Below, in pieces: positions 18,601 through 27,510 of a stretch of 64,000 nt of DNA. The stretch is from a virus. The DNA is taken from positions 7,382 through 71,381 of IMG/VR virus record IMGVR_UViG_3300043788_000078. The stretch is one strand, 5' to 3'. The translations under genes were made by a program, and so were the position numbers. A model generated the notes under the pieces. That model was not told the origin of the DNA. It did no database searches and worked only from the letters and a program-made list of their open reading frames with translations. The first letter of the stretch is position 1. The number at the start of each line of letters is the position of its first letter.

Positions 18601-19302
18601 GGTCGACATGCCGAACAGGTTCGCGCCCGCTCCGCCCGCGATGTTCCCGGCCAGGCCGGCCGCTCCGCCCCCGGCGTTCTCCGCGCCCTTCTTCCCGCCG
18701 GCCTCGCCCCCGGCGGCACCGCCGAGCAGGCCCCCGAGGCCGCCCGCCGCGCTGCTCAGGGACGCCCCGATCCCGCCGAGCAGCCCGGTGAACCAGCCGC
18801 CCTTCTTCTTCGCCTCTGACGTGGCCGCGTCACTGGCCGCGTCGGCCGCGTCCTTGCCCGCCTTGGCCCCGGCCTCCCTGGCGCTCGTGTCGCTGACGCC
18901 GATGACCTTGTTGATCGTGTCTTTCTGCTCGGTGCGCGTCGAGCCGATGCCGCCGCCCTGGTTGGACACCATCTTGCCGAGCAGGCCCTGCTGGGCCGCC
19001 TGGCTGGCGGACGGGGCACCGGTCACCGAGTGCGGGGAGAACAGGGCGTTCAGGCTGCCGAGCACGGATCCCTGCGGGCTGGACCGCAGGCGGTTCATCG
19101 CGTCCTTGGAGATCGCGTTGTCCAGCGCGGCGAAGTCCGCCCGTGCCTTGGCCACGGACGAGTTGTCGAAGACGGCGGAGATCTTGATCTTGTGGCCGTC
19201 GTCCTCGAACGCCTTGACCTCGGCCCGGAACCTGTCCAGGTCCTTCTTGGCCTGGCTGGTATCAACGGAGAGGCGGGCCTCTATCGTGCCGGCGTCGAAC
19301 AC
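15640..19302 (-). CDS. Tape measure protein with C-terminal lytic transglycosylase domain
   Basis: 1220 aa, Ala/Leu/Gly-rich amphipathic repeats, Trp-rich repeats, ESGGNPRA...GVAQM...AAIRYI SLT motif. Confidence 0.9.
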   Translation of the reverse strand: MFDAGTIEARLSVDTSQAKKDLDRFRAEVKAFEDDGHKIKISAVFDNSSVAKARADFAALDNAISKDAMNRLRSSPQGSVLGSLNALFSPHSVTGAPSASQAAQQGLLGKMVSNQGGGIGSTRTEQKDTINKVIGVSDTSAREAGAKAGKDAADAASDAATSEAKKKGGWFTGLLGGIGASLSSAAGGLGGLLGGAAGGEAGGKKGAENAGGGAAGLAGNIAGGAGANLFGMSTKATAIVGAVGTALAALPALGGVIGAGLGTALIGGAIAGVVATSPKLKKQFSALGGDAEAVIKAAAGPIVPALSAVIAQVPGLLKTLQAPLAGIFKTVAPQLMGVFNGLRPILSGVIDLMKAAAPAFGPFIESLEKLVSSLFPGLVSITAAVVPVMKQFEGIMGQLGGDIGALFGDMAPAVKASMTVLGALFSVIGSLLPDVAKLADVFAEMLAPVIGQLAGLIKSLLPFLSLIGTIGAELANTILGDVVSILVALVGVLKSVAPSLDKFAAVLAQVFNVMENYAVFDTLADVIEDLVKPLGVLINALLGGLLPVIPPILNAIIQLSTVIAGGLVQAITQLLPPMTKLAVAVLGTLAKILPAVLPLLVTLAGIFTGALVSAISAVATVLAEIINAIPPKVLAGIVTGILAIVGAMKLLAIIQGILDATDPFTLVIIGIGLLVAAAAELVVHWRQVWGFIKSAAEDAWNFIWNGFGKYLLPLLGPVGVIALGAIELYQHWSAIWSAIYGTTMDAWHLLDSDIWQPMERLFTQLMPGWFSDAYSFLERYFIDPYQNGLTAMWDFVVRDIWDPFEQLLTQQLPGWFDTAVNYIKQTWSRVESIVRQPVASLVDNVFIPLANVFDAITNAVGLGKPVKISRMSSGGRVPGYGGGDVVPALIERGEAVIDKDRTKKYAWLFQMMGVPGFAKGGLPGANLGGGLFPTTPGQAASNPVAGILSKGWDITRIMAAIATGNATALDNAFASLTSKGAATGAKGLLDQVLTDYPKTVVKDIVSYLIGNTAGAGAAIPGGTSGTVSSWIQQALKIAAKPLTWLSPLLTLVGKESGGNPRAIDPISVDGEHAEGVAQMLPSTFAQYSLGGSLWNPVAELIAAIRYIAATYVTPFAIPGLLSGNYVGYANGGVITEPVIGYGTNSGRIYTLAEREAEVVTPMSRLAAIGANRQSGGPSGQQINVGSITMPEGATLAQTMQAMAWRMRIEGQRQYWSASNA

Positions 19303-19320
19303 GTACTCGCCTCCCTTACC

Positions 19321-19659
19321 TCACCACTGGCGATGAGACCTGGGGTCTTTATCCAGCTCCTCGCGCATCTTGTTCAGGTCGATCACCTTGACTCCCGCGT
19401 CGACGCCGGTCCTGACAGTCGGGCCCTGCACTCCCGGTGTCGGGCCGCCGCTTGCGGAAGCATCCTTCCTGACGCTGAACGGGATGTCTTCTTCCTCGGA
19501 CATCCCTTCCAGGTACGTCTGCTGGGTGTCCCAGCTAAGCTCGTCCCACTCTTCCCGGCTGATATTGAGCCAGCGCTTGACGGCATACAGGATTACCCGG
19601 CGGCTTTGCGTGGCATTGTCACTACCTGCGCGTTCCCACCGCCGGGCACGGCTTCCGGG
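19321..19659 (-). CDS. Tail assembly chaperone frameshift extension (GT part)
   Basis: -1 frame ORF overlapping the chaperone, with EEWDELSW motif and no obvious own start. Candidate slippery site C CCG GAA at 19653-19659. Confidence 0.6.
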   Translation of the reverse strand, partial: PGSRARRWERAGSDNATQSRRVILYAVKRWLNISREEWDELSWDTQQTYLEGMSEEEDIPFSVRKDASASGGPTPGVQGPTVRTGVDAGVKVIDLNKMREELDKDPRSHRQW

Positions 19660-20030
19660 CTCATCACCTCCTGCTGGAGCCATCCGTAGAAAATGACGCG
19701 GACGCGGATGGGAAGTTCCAGGAGATCTTCCCTGCTCGGGTCTCCCGAGCACAGGACGGCGAAGAGCCCGGCCATCGACGCGTGGAAGTCGATGACCGTC
19801 TCAGGATCGAGATCCTCCACGGCAGTCAGGAGCTGCGCGACGTCGGCGTTCTGGTCGCCGACCAGTTCCGGCGGCAGCTTGCCCTGGAGGGTCTTCGTGA
19901 CCGTCTTGATGCCGGCCAGGAAGTCGCCGATCTGCCGGTCGTTCGGCTCCTTGATCGTGCCGTGCTTCCGCGTATGCGGCTCGAACGTGTAGTCGAGAGG
20001 CTCGACTACCTTTCCTGCGTCGAATCCCAT
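19593..20030 (-). CDS. Tail assembly chaperone (G)
   Basis: Between tail tube and tape measure genes. Confidence 0.75.
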   Translation of the reverse strand: MGFDAGKVVEPLDYTFEPHTRKHGTIKEPNDRQIGDFLAGIKTVTKTLQGKLPPELVGDQNADVAQLLTAVEDLDPETVIDFHASMAGLFAVLCSGDPSREDLLELPIRVRVIFYGWLQQEVMSPEAVPGGGNAQVVTMPRKAAG

Positions 20031-20060
20031 CTGGTGTTCCCCTTCCTGATGGGCGCTGCC

Positions 20061-20666
20061 TTACGAGGTGGCGACCGCCGTCAGGTCCGTCCAGGTGATG
20101 GAGTTGAACGGGCAGATGGCGGACAGGGTCAGCGGGTAGAGCCGCTGCTGGGCGGCACGCCGGAACGCGGTCTGCACCTGGCCGGCCGACACGACGTCCG
20201 GGATGTACAGCACGCGGGCGTAGCCGAGCTGGTTTTGGCCGATCAGCGCGACCTGGAGGCTCTGGAAGTTCGTCGACAGGGTCAGCACCGACTTGCCGGG
20301 CTGCCCCGCTCCGGCCGGCGTGACCGCCGTCGTAGCGCCGTTTCCCCAGGCCAGGTTGATGTTGGTCAGCGTCTCTTCCGAGAGATTGCACGTGATCTGG
20401 AGGTCAGCGGTGCTCACCGCGACGCCGACCGGCGTCGGCTGCTCCTCGATCGCGATGTTCTGGACTGTCGGGTTGAAGGTCAGCGTGACGCCGGCCTCGG
20501 TGGACCCGATATAGCTCCACCCGGCAGTCAGCCAGGCGGTGCCGACGCCGAGGTTCGCGTCGGACGGCACCGACACCCCCACGGTCGGCGCGGTCATGAC
20601 GATGCTCACGCCGTACAGCACGTTGGTCGTGGTGTACGCCGGGGGAGTGTACGGCAGCGATGGCAC
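20061..20666 (-). CDS. Major tail (tube) protein
   Basis: W.YIGSTEAGVTL.F.P, LSE.TL.N pattern. Canonical position. Confidence 0.8.
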   Translation of the reverse strand: MPSLPYTPPAYTTTNVLYGVSIVMTAPTVGVSVPSDANLGVGTAWLTAGWSYIGSTEAGVTLTFNPTVQNIAIEEQPTPVGVAVSTADLQITCNLSEETLTNINLAWGNGATTAVTPAGAGQPGKSVLTLSTNFQSLQVALIGQNQLGYARVLYIPDVVSAGQVQTAFRRAAQQRLYPLTLSAICPFNSITWTDLTAVATS

Positions 20667-20673
20667 GGCCCCT

Positions 20674-21009
20674 TTACCCTTCCGTTGTCAGTTCGACCCC
20701 GGCGTTACTGGCGGCCCCCTGGAGGCTCGCCAGGCGGTCGGCGGGGATTGGCGTGAAGTCGTTGCCCACGGACAGGCCGCCGAAGTGAAGCTCGCTGTGC
20801 GGCGGCTCGACCTTGACGTTGACGGTCCGGATGCCGCCGGCGAGGGCATCCAGCGCCGCCGCCTCGCGGCGCAGTTCCGCCGCGCGGGCGCGCTTGTCCG
20901 CGTCACTCTCCGGGGGCACCGGGCTGTCCGGTGCCGGCCGCAGGACGGGCGCGGGAGACGGGACGGCCTTCTGCTCGGCCGCCGGGGACGCTGGTGTCTC
21001 GTCTGCCAT
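20674..21009 (-). CDS. Hypothetical virion-region protein
   Basis: ORF in operon with RBS. Confidence 0.6.
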   Translation of the reverse strand: MADETPASPAAEQKAVPSPAPVLRPAPDSPVPPESDADKRARAAELRREAAALDALAGGIRTVNVKVEPPHSELHFGGLSVGNDFTPIPADRLASLQGAASNAGVELTTEG

Positions 21010-21023
21010 GTTTCAAGATCCTC

Positions 21024-21518
21024 TCACGGCTGGATGGAAGAGAAGGTGTAGGCGCGCACGGAGAGGTACGTGGTGGTAGTGAACGCCACCGCGTAGCAGC
21101 CGATGGCCGCCGTCGGCCAGGAGGCGATCGTGGGGCTGCCCGCGATGCCGGAATGGACCAGCGACGTGTTCTTGATGTTGTACGTCGCCGGGCTGAACGG
21201 GCCGAGCCAGCCCGATTCCGAGACAGCGATCGTCTTCGCCGTCGCTGCCGTGATCAGGGAGCCTGCGACGACCTCTCCGACAAGCACCTGCGCGATGCCG
21301 GCCGCCCCGGTGCTGCCGTTGTAGTACCACAGCATCGTGTTGCCCGAGGTATTCGGGACAAGCAGCACGTTGTTGGAGCCCCAGGCAGTGCCGAACGCCG
21401 TGCCGGTGCCCGCCGCGTCGATGCCCGCCGATGGCAAGGCTCCCGTGAAGTGGGTGCCGGTCAGCGGTGCCTGGTTGAAGTTGACCGCCACGAGCGGGGT
21501 TGTGAGCAATCCGGCCAT
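21024..21518 (-). CDS. Structural protein (beta-rich)
   Basis: MAGLLTT start after GGAG RBS. GPFSPATYN motif. Confidence 0.6.
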   Translation of the reverse strand: MAGLLTTPLVAVNFNQAPLTGTHFTGALPSAGIDAAGTGTAFGTAWGSNNVLLVPNTSGNTMLWYYNGSTGAAGIAQVLVGEVVAGSLITAATAKTIAVSESGWLGPFSPATYNIKNTSLVHSGIAGSPTIASWPTAAIGCYAVAFTTTTYLSVRAYTFSSIQP

Positions 21519-21523
21519 CTCTG

Positions 21524-21961
21524 CTACTCCAGTCCGGTGGTGATCAGGTAGGTGCAGGCGTACTCGAACCTGCGGTCTTCGGGGTTGAGGGGCAGCGGGG
21601 CGGGAGGGCCGCCGGAGCGCCCGGCGACCGCTATCACCACGCCGTCCACAGCCTGTGGATACGGGCCGTTGAGGATGAGGACGTCTAGCTGCTGGGCGGC
21701 CAGCTGCGCGCCTACCGGGTCGTCGGCCGCGCCGCGCAGCAGGAACTGGAAACCCCAGCAGTCGAGCGCGGCTTCCTCGGTGACCCACCCGGGGCCGGAC
21801 GTCGGGGTGAGGAAGACTGCCCGGTCTGGGCTGGTCAGGATCTCGGGGCCTGGGAACAGGGGGAACCCGGTCTCCTGGGTCACGTTCCAGCCCAGGCCGG
21901 AGATGAAGTCCATCAGGACGGTGACCTTGGCGGTCGCGGGAACGGGCTGGGGGTACGTCAC
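21524..21961 (-). CDS. Tail terminator-like protein
   Basis: PDRAVFLTPTSGPG...FQFLLRG...RRFEYACTY. GTGA overlap. Confidence 0.65.
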   Translation of the reverse strand: MTYPQPVPATAKVTVLMDFISGLGWNVTQETGFPLFPGPEILTSPDRAVFLTPTSGPGWVTEEAALDCWGFQFLLRGAADDPVGAQLAAQQLDVLILNGPYPQAVDGVVIAVAGRSGGPPAPLPLNPEDRRFEYACTYLITTGLE

Positions 21962-22482
21962 AGGCGTCCCCTCACCGGGTGAGGCTCGTTCTTGCCCGGG
22001 ATGACCATCACCCTGCCGTTGCGCATGAAGTAGACCGTCAGGCCGGCCGCCAGGCGGGCGCGCAGTATGGCGCGGCTCTTGAGCCGCAGTTCGTCCCTGG
22101 ACAGGCGCGCGGCCTTCGGCGGCCGGTCGTAGACCGTGTGGCCGTCCCGGGTGACGGACGGGTGCCCGGAGCGCATGAGGTCGCCCCACTCGCGCGGGGC
22201 GTGCAGCTCGACCTGGTCGCTCAGGTGCTCGGCCGCCTTCTTCAGGGCGGCGGTGCCGCCGTCATCGAGCACTCCCTGCGCGTACCAGGCCAGGTAGTCG
22301 CGGTAGTGGTCGTACAGCGGCTGCTCCAGGTACTTGGCGTGGCCGCCGCGCGGGTGGCGCATGTCCATCCGCTCGTGCTGGTAATGGGCGTACACCTGGT
22401 CGACGACAACGGACATGCCGGACCTGCTGATCCCGATCCGCTTCTCGAGATCGTCCATCCTGCCGGAGAACGTGCCGCTCAC
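21958..22482 (-). CDS. Head-tail joining/neck protein
   Basis: YAHYQHE...HPRGGHAKYLEQPL and AP.EWGDL.RSG motifs typical of tail-completion proteins. Confidence 0.65.
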   Translation of the reverse strand: MSGTFSGRMDDLEKRIGISRSGMSVVVDQVYAHYQHERMDMRHPRGGHAKYLEQPLYDHYRDYLAWYAQGVLDDGGTAALKKAAEHLSDQVELHAPREWGDLMRSGHPSVTRDGHTVYDRPPKAARLSRDELRLKSRAILRARLAAGLTVYFMRNGRVMVIPGKNEPHPVRGRL

Positions 22483-23021
22483 AGGTACTCGGCACCCCCG
22501 TCCAGGTCGTCCATGCGCGGTGCCCACATGCCGGGCGGCACGTCTGCCTCCAGCGTGCCGGTCAGCGGGCTGATCCTGGTGTTGGAGTCTTCCCCCGTGA
22601 ACACGCGCGGGATCAGGTTGATAACCCGGCCCACTTCCTGGTTGATTCCGCCGGCCGCCGCCGGGTCCAGGCGGATCAGCCCGTCACGGGCGTCGTTCAG
22701 GATCTTCATGGCGTCGGTGTACGCCAGGTACGCCGGGTGGTCGCTGGGCATGGCCTTGCCTTTGAGGTACGTCCGCCAGGCGAAGAACGCGGCCAGGTCC
22801 AGGGTCAGGTCGTGGAACAGGGGCGGCGGGACCGCCTGGGCGTTGCTGCCGTCCATGATCGATCCGAAGAACGCCGATATCCGGTTGGAGGCAGACGTCA
22901 GCGCCAGCGTGAGCTGCTGGTCGTTCAGCTCCGCCGGGCTCCCGATGCCGGTGTCCGTGCCCTGGAGCACGAGCATCAGGTCATCGGTGGTGGCGTACAG
23001 GACCGGGGACGGCGTGGTCAT
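22479..23021 (-). CDS. Head-tail adaptor (Mu gp36/DUF1320-like)
   Basis: YATTDDL...AS.RI...YTDAMKIL..ARDG.I.L. Confidence 0.7.
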   Translation of the reverse strand: MTTPSPVLYATTDDLMLVLQGTDTGIGSPAELNDQQLTLALTSASNRISAFFGSIMDGSNAQAVPPPLFHDLTLDLAAFFAWRTYLKGKAMPSDHPAYLAYTDAMKILNDARDGLIRLDPAAAGGINQEVGRVINLIPRVFTGEDSNTRISPLTGTLEADVPPGMWAPRMDDLDGGAEYL

Positions 23022-23024
23022 GGG

Positions 23025-23207
23025 TCAGGGCACCGTCCAGGACAGCGCCCAGCAGGCGAAACCGCCGAAGCCGAACGCCCACTCGGGAGCGCTGACGACG
23101 CCGCCCGCGCACAGCGCGGCAACGGCGAACAGGATGAAGGAGAGGAACAGGAGAACGCGCCGGAAGGACGGGTACGCGACCGCCGGGGCGGGTGCTGGCT
23201 GTGTCAT
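23025..23207 (-). CDS. Small two-TM membrane protein
   Basis: GGAGG RBS. LLFLSFILFAVAAL and WAFGFGGFACWALSW. Confidence 0.55.
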   Translation of the reverse strand: MTQPAPAPAVAYPSFRRVLLFLSFILFAVAALCAGGVVSAPEWAFGFGGFACWALSWTVP

Positions 23208-23209
23208 GC

Positions 23210-23506
23210 CTATCCCTCCTGCCCCGAGTTGTAGGGGTCGACACCCCCGCCCGCCTGCTGCGTCGCCAGGCTGGCGGGTGAAACGGAATCGGAGCTGCCG
23301 GGGACCTGCTGCTGCGCCGTCATCGCGGTGACGCGGGTGGACAGCGCCGCTGAGTTGCTCGTGGACCCGGGCGGCACGTACGTGGTCGCGCTCATCTGGG
23401 CCGACCCGGCGGGTACGTCGATGACCTGCCCACGGAGCAGGTTGGTCTTCACGCCGTCCCACACCATCGTGCAGTTAACGTTGACGACCTGGGGGTTGGC
23501 TGCCAT
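23210..23506 (-). CDS. Small capsid-associated-type protein (paralog family)
   Basis: NLLRGQVIDVP motif shared with neighbours. Confidence 0.55.
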   Translation of the reverse strand: MAANPQVVNVNCTMVWDGVKTNLLRGQVIDVPAGSAQMSATTYVPPGSTSNSAALSTRVTAMTAQQQVPGSSDSVSPASLATQQAGGGVDPYNSGQEG

Positions 23507-23508
23507 GG

Positions 23509-23694
23509 TCAGTTCCCTTCCGTTGCGTGGTCCGCGTCGTCGCCGCTCTGCGTGGCGGCCAGCGGCACGAGGTTGTCGTAGCCGTACTCGCCGGCCAGCT
23601 CGCTCTCGGGATCGAGATCGATGACCGTCCCGGCGCGGATGTACTCCCCGCGCACCGTGACGGGCTGCTGGACGACGTACGGCCTGATGACCAC
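23509..23694 (-). CDS. Small capsid-associated-type protein (paralog family)
   Basis: YVVQQPVTVRGEYIRAGTVIDLDP. Ends DDADHATEGN. Confidence 0.55.
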   Translation of the reverse strand: MVIRPYVVQQPVTVRGEYIRAGTVIDLDPESELAGEYGYDNLVPLAATQSGDDADHATEGN

Positions 23695-23696
23695 GG

Positions 23697-24302
23697 CTAG
23701 TTGGACACCCCCGTGCCCAGCGCGGAGACGCCCAGCGTGGCGTGCTGGGCGTACGGCAGGGCGGTGTACGGGTTCCACCCCGCGTACTCCGCCTGCGTGT
23801 TGCTGGCGTAGTAGCCGGGCGTGTAGGCCAGGTCAACGGGATCGATCCAGGCCCAGGTGGGCGCGGAGCTGTAGATCAGCGTGATCGAGCAGCCGGGCGG
23901 AAGCGGCCAGTTAGACGGGGATGCCAGGGGGGCTCCGGACAGGCCCGCCACCAGGGCGGTCCAGGTCCACGTGGGCGTGGCCACCGTGTAGGAGATGGCG
24001 ATCGTCTGGCCGGCGGGGACGACGTACGTCCCGGCCGCCGTGCCCGCGCTCACCCCGTTGATCGTGACGGCGCTGATCGTCGCGCCGTTCGCCGCGATCA
24101 CGACCTCGACGGGGAACGCATTGGAGTTGGTAGCCGCGACCGTGGTAGCGGGAACCGCAGGCGTGGTGACCGATGGCGTGTTCGGCGAGCCGATGAAAAC
24201 GCTCTGGACGGTGCCGCCGGTGACAGTGACCGAGACGTTCTGCCCGGTCGGGTTGGGTACCGCTACTCCGCTGGTCGGGATGCTGGGTGCCGTGACTGCC
24301 AC
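23697..24302 (-). CDS. Structural protein with duplicated beta module
   Basis: Internal repeat (P.GQTIAISYT.ATPTWTW / PPGCSITLIYSSAPTWAW). Ends HATLGVSALGTGVSN. Confidence 0.6.
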   Translation of the reverse strand: MAVTAPSIPTSGVAVPNPTGQNVSVTVTGGTVQSVFIGSPNTPSVTTPAVPATTVAATNSNAFPVEVVIAANGATISAVTINGVSAGTAAGTYVVPAGQTIAISYTVATPTWTWTALVAGLSGAPLASPSNWPLPPGCSITLIYSSAPTWAWIDPVDLAYTPGYYASNTQAEYAGWNPYTALPYAQHATLGVSALGTGVSN

Positions 24303-24310
24303 GGGTCCTC

Positions 24311-24616
24311 CTAGTTGCTCAGGGCCGCGTGGCCCACGTCGTCCTGGCCGTCCACGAACGCGCGCAGGTTCGCGCCCGCCGCGACCAGTGCCTGGTAGAG
24401 CTGCTGCGCTCCGGTTGGGTTCTCACCCGGAGTGGACGAATCGGCGTAGATCACGGTCCCGGCGATGAACCCTGGCCCAATCTGCGGCATGCCGTCTGTC
24501 CACCCGTTCGCGCCAGTCCAAACGGCGCTCCCGTTCGGAACGGTGGTGCTGGCAGGTGCTTGCGTTCCCGGACTAAGATCGACGGTCGTCCCGATAACGA
24601 ACCTGCTCAGTGCCAT
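24311..24616 (-). CDS. Small capsid-associated-type protein (paralog family)
   Basis: FIAGTVIYADS...ANLRAF. Ends DDVGHAALSN. Confidence 0.55.
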   Translation of the reverse strand: MALSRFVIGTTVDLSPGTQAPASTTVPNGSAVWTGANGWTDGMPQIGPGFIAGTVIYADSSTPGENPTGAQQLYQALVAAGANLRAFVDGQDDVGHAALSN

Positions 24617-24622
24617 CCCCTG

Positions 24623-25024
24623 TCACCTCACCGCAAGCCAGGCGGACATCGTAAACGACGTAACGGCACTCCCATTAGAAGCAGAGATGCCTGTGAGATC
24701 TAGCTGTATGTACCGGAATGAGGGGGCACCGCCTGCTCCTGACAGCACAAGCACTGCCGTGCTCGGTTCTGTGGCGTTTCCAGATGATTCAGCAGATGGG
24801 GACGGTGATCCGCTGATCCCGTACCAGATGCTGTTATCCAGAGAGCCCATCACTGAGAATGTTCCAGCAACATTGCCCCATCCGTACCCCTCGACGTATG
24901 AGCAGGCTCCAAGAGCGCTGGTCACGATGGTGGTCGTGGTGTACCAGTCCTCCAGGTCGATGACGGGACCAGCACCAACGGCAGTTACGTCATTGAGTGC
25001 CTGAAATGGAAGTACGTTGGTCAT
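24623..25024 (-). CDS. Structural beta-sandwich protein, visibly lower GC
   Basis: GSLDNSIW...FRYIQL motif. Many A/T-ending codons. Confidence 0.55.
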   Translation of the reverse strand: MTNVLPFQALNDVTAVGAGPVIDLEDWYTTTTIVTSALGACSYVEGYGWGNVAGTFSVMGSLDNSIWYGISGSPSPSAESSGNATEPSTAVLVLSGAGGAPSFRYIQLDLTGISASNGSAVTSFTMSAWLAVR

Positions 25025-25449
25025 CAGAACCCCCATCCGGGTGCGTTAGGCGGGCTCTCCTGCGCTGCCAGGGTCTCCGTGGCCACGGCTGCGGTCACCT
25101 GCTTGCCGGACCCGTGCGCGTTGGCGAACGGCGTTACCGGCACTGACGTGGCCGTCGGGGTCCCGTTCACCAGGACGGTTTCCGACAGCGTGGTGTCGGA
25201 GACGTACAGCAGCTGCCCGCTGGAGAACTGGGTGCCGCCGGACGCGAACGGCAGTGCCGTGCCCCCGGCGGTGACCGACGCGTTCGTGGACAGGGGCGAG
25301 CTGCCCGCTCCCATCGTCAGGGGCCACTCGCACCCGGAGCACGTGTAGTACAGGTCATCCCCGGTACCGACCATCAGCCTGCTCGCGTGGCATCGCGGGC
25401 ACAGCACGAACGCGCTGATCGGCTGGTCTGTCCCCGCGATGTACGCCAT
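25024..25449 (-). CDS. Zinc-ribbon plus beta-domain structural protein
   Basis: CPRC...CSGC, then a module (AGGTAL...GQLL...AHGSG) like the repeats in the 966-aa tail protein. Confidence 0.55.
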   Translation of the reverse strand: MAYIAGTDQPISAFVLCPRCHASRLMVGTGDDLYYTCSGCEWPLTMGAGSSPLSTNASVTAGGTALPFASGGTQFSSGQLLYVSDTTLSETVLVNGTPTATSVPVTPFANAHGSGKQVTAAVATETLAAQESPPNAPGWGF

Positions 25450-25455
25450 CTGCTG

Positions 25456-26067
25456 CTACCTCCGGACGATCTGCGGTGCCTGGCTCTTGACCGCCGCGAC
25501 CAGGTCCGCGTCCGCGCCCTGCCTGATCTCCTGCCGGGCCAGCTCACCGGTCCCGGGGGTGATGTCCAGCGCGTCCTCGGACCGGGAGGGCGGCGCGGGC
25601 TCGGACGATTCCGGTACCGGGCTCTGCTCGACGATCCGGGAGCTGCCTGCCGGATCCGGGCGCGCCAGGTCACTGCCGGGAGGCGGCGTGGTCGGCCGCA
25701 GGATCGGGCCGGACAGGAGGGAGGGGTGCGGGCGCGGCGGGTTGTTCGCGTCCACTTCGCTCTTGGCCCGTATGACCGCGACGCGGCGTCCGTCACGGTC
25801 GCCGTGCCGCAGGTACCTGGCGGCCTCCTCGTCGGTCAGGTAGACCGTCTCCCCGGCGAGCACCAGGTCCGTCTGCCGGTCCTTCGGGTCGAGCTGCACC
25901 CGGCGCGGCACCGACAGGTTCGTCAGCGCCACGTACGGCTTGCCGAGCTGTACGGCAGGGCCGTGCGCGTTGCCCGTGTTGGCCTTGGCCAGCAGCTTGT
26001 CCAGCTGCTTGGCCTCGGCCGGGGTCAATGCCGGCGTCTTCTCGGCGGCCTCTGCGGTCATGGTCAC
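25456..26067 (-). CDS. Hypothetical head-associated protein
   Basis: Follows the capsid gene. YVALTNLSV...LAGETVYLTDEEA. Confidence 0.6.
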   Translation of the reverse strand: MTMTAEAAEKTPALTPAEAKQLDKLLAKANTGNAHGPAVQLGKPYVALTNLSVPRRVQLDPKDRQTDLVLAGETVYLTDEEAARYLRHGDRDGRRVAVIRAKSEVDANNPPRPHPSLLSGPILRPTTPPPGSDLARPDPAGSSRIVEQSPVPESSEPAPPSRSEDALDITPGTGELARQEIRQGADADLVAAVKSQAPQIVRR

Positions 26068-26975
26068 ACTCCCGAGAGCAGGCAGATAGAGTACGGCTGG
26101 TCAAGGCCGATGGCCGATGACCTCTGGGTGTCAGACCGCCAGGTCTTGCGCGGCTCGTCGCGGTAGAGGGGGCCTGCCAGGAACGGCAGCTCGTCGGCGT
26201 AGAAGCCGGCGCGCTGGCGCTGCATGACGATGGCGTTGCCCGGCGGGACCTGCCGGGAGACGAGCACGTCCATGTTGAGGATCTTCTGCGGCAGCACGCC
26301 GGTGTACTGGAGGTTCTCCGACGCGATGTCGCCGATGTACGGGGCGGCGAACGAGCTGGACTGGAGCAGCGTGTTCTTGGTGCCGTGGTTGATGATGAGC
26401 GTGTCGGCCTCGAAGCCCAGCCACTGCGTGACGCCGGACGGGCTGACGACGTTGGCGTTCTCCACCAGGAACATTGCCTGGGCCAGGTCCGCGCGGGTGG
26501 TCGCGCTCGCGCTCGACCACGGGTTGGCCACGGCCAGGGTCTGGATGGACGCGTTGGCGACGACGGCGCTGTAGAACGCCGTGTTCCAGCTATACACCAT
26601 GGTGTTCTTCACCTGGAGCAGCTGGCGCGTCACCGGGTCGATGGCCTGGCGGCGGCGCATCTCGTCGGAGACCATGATCGCCATCGCGCGCTCATGGCTG
26701 AACACCACGCGCGGGTTTCCGATGGACGTCGGGACGACGGGAACCTCGCCGAACTCAGACCGGATCTCGGGGAAGTCGTCCGCGTACAGCGGCGTGCTTT
26801 CCGAGTACCGGACCGCGCCGCTCGGCGCGGCACCGCCCATGCGCAGCACCGAGTCCATGATGAACTCGTTCTGCGTGATGTCGAGAATCAGAGCTGGAAT
26901 GACCAAAGGGTCCTTGAGCAGCTCGTTTACGGTTATCCGTGGTGCGTCCGAATAACCGCGTGCACCGACAGGCAT
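26064..26975 (-). CDS. Major capsid protein
   Basis: 303 aa after decoration and scaffold genes. ITVNELLKDP..IP, EFGEVPV, ADTLIINH, GLDQP. Confidence 0.85.
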   Translation of the reverse strand: MPVGARGYSDAPRITVNELLKDPLVIPALILDITQNEFIMDSVLRMGGAAPSGAVRYSESTPLYADDFPEIRSEFGEVPVVPTSIGNPRVVFSHERAMAIMVSDEMRRRQAIDPVTRQLLQVKNTMVYSWNTAFYSAVVANASIQTLAVANPWSSASATTRADLAQAMFLVENANVVSPSGVTQWLGFEADTLIINHGTKNTLLQSSSFAAPYIGDIASENLQYTGVLPQKILNMDVLVSRQVPPGNAIVMQRQRAGFYADELPFLAGPLYRDEPRKTWRSDTQRSSAIGLDQPYSICLLSGV

Positions 26976-26996
26976 TGGTCACTCCCTCGCTTTCTG

Positions 26997-27497
26997 TTAG
27001 AGGACCCGGGCGCGGCCGAAGAAGTACGCCGCCGTGCCCAGGCCGCCGACGGACTGGGTGAGCATCGCCGACGACACGCCGCCGGGGTGCGTGCAGATGC
27101 CGACAACCTGGTCAGCAGCCGGCCCGGCACCGGCTCCGGTGACGGTGCCGTTGTTGTTCGCGCCGATGATCAGCTTCTGGCCCTCGATCGCTGCGCCCAT
27201 GTACCAGACCCACATGTCGTAGCCGCCGGCGTAGACCGCGCAGTAGTCGGTCAGCACCGAGATGTCGATCAGCGGCTCGCCGTAGCTGTTCGGCGAGCCG
27301 CTCTGTGCGGTCAGCACGTTCGCGTCGTTGCCCGCGACGCCGAGGACGTGGGTAGACGCAGATTGCCCCAGGTTCACCGTGAGGTCCGTCGTACCCGCCG
27401 TCAGCGTGTTCGGCTGCACGAATTGGCCGCCGAAAATGAGCGTGGCGACCTGCTTGTTCGCTGGCCCCATCTTGTAGTGCGGTATGGATGCCGACAT
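26997..27497 (-). CDS. Capsid cement/decoration protein
   Basis: IFGGQFV, VLGVA..DA, G..L.IGA..G.V, QVVGIC pattern just upstream of the capsid gene. Confidence 0.7.
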   Translation of the reverse strand: MSASIPHYKMGPANKQVATLIFGGQFVQPNTLTAGTTDLTVNLGQSASTHVLGVAGNDANVLTAQSGSPNSYGEPLIDISVLTDYCAVYAGGYDMWVWYMGAAIEGQKLIIGANNNGTVTGAGAGPAADQVVGICTHPGGVSSAMLTQSVGGLGTAAYFFGRARVL

Positions 27498-27510
27498 GCG
27501 TCAGGTCTCC

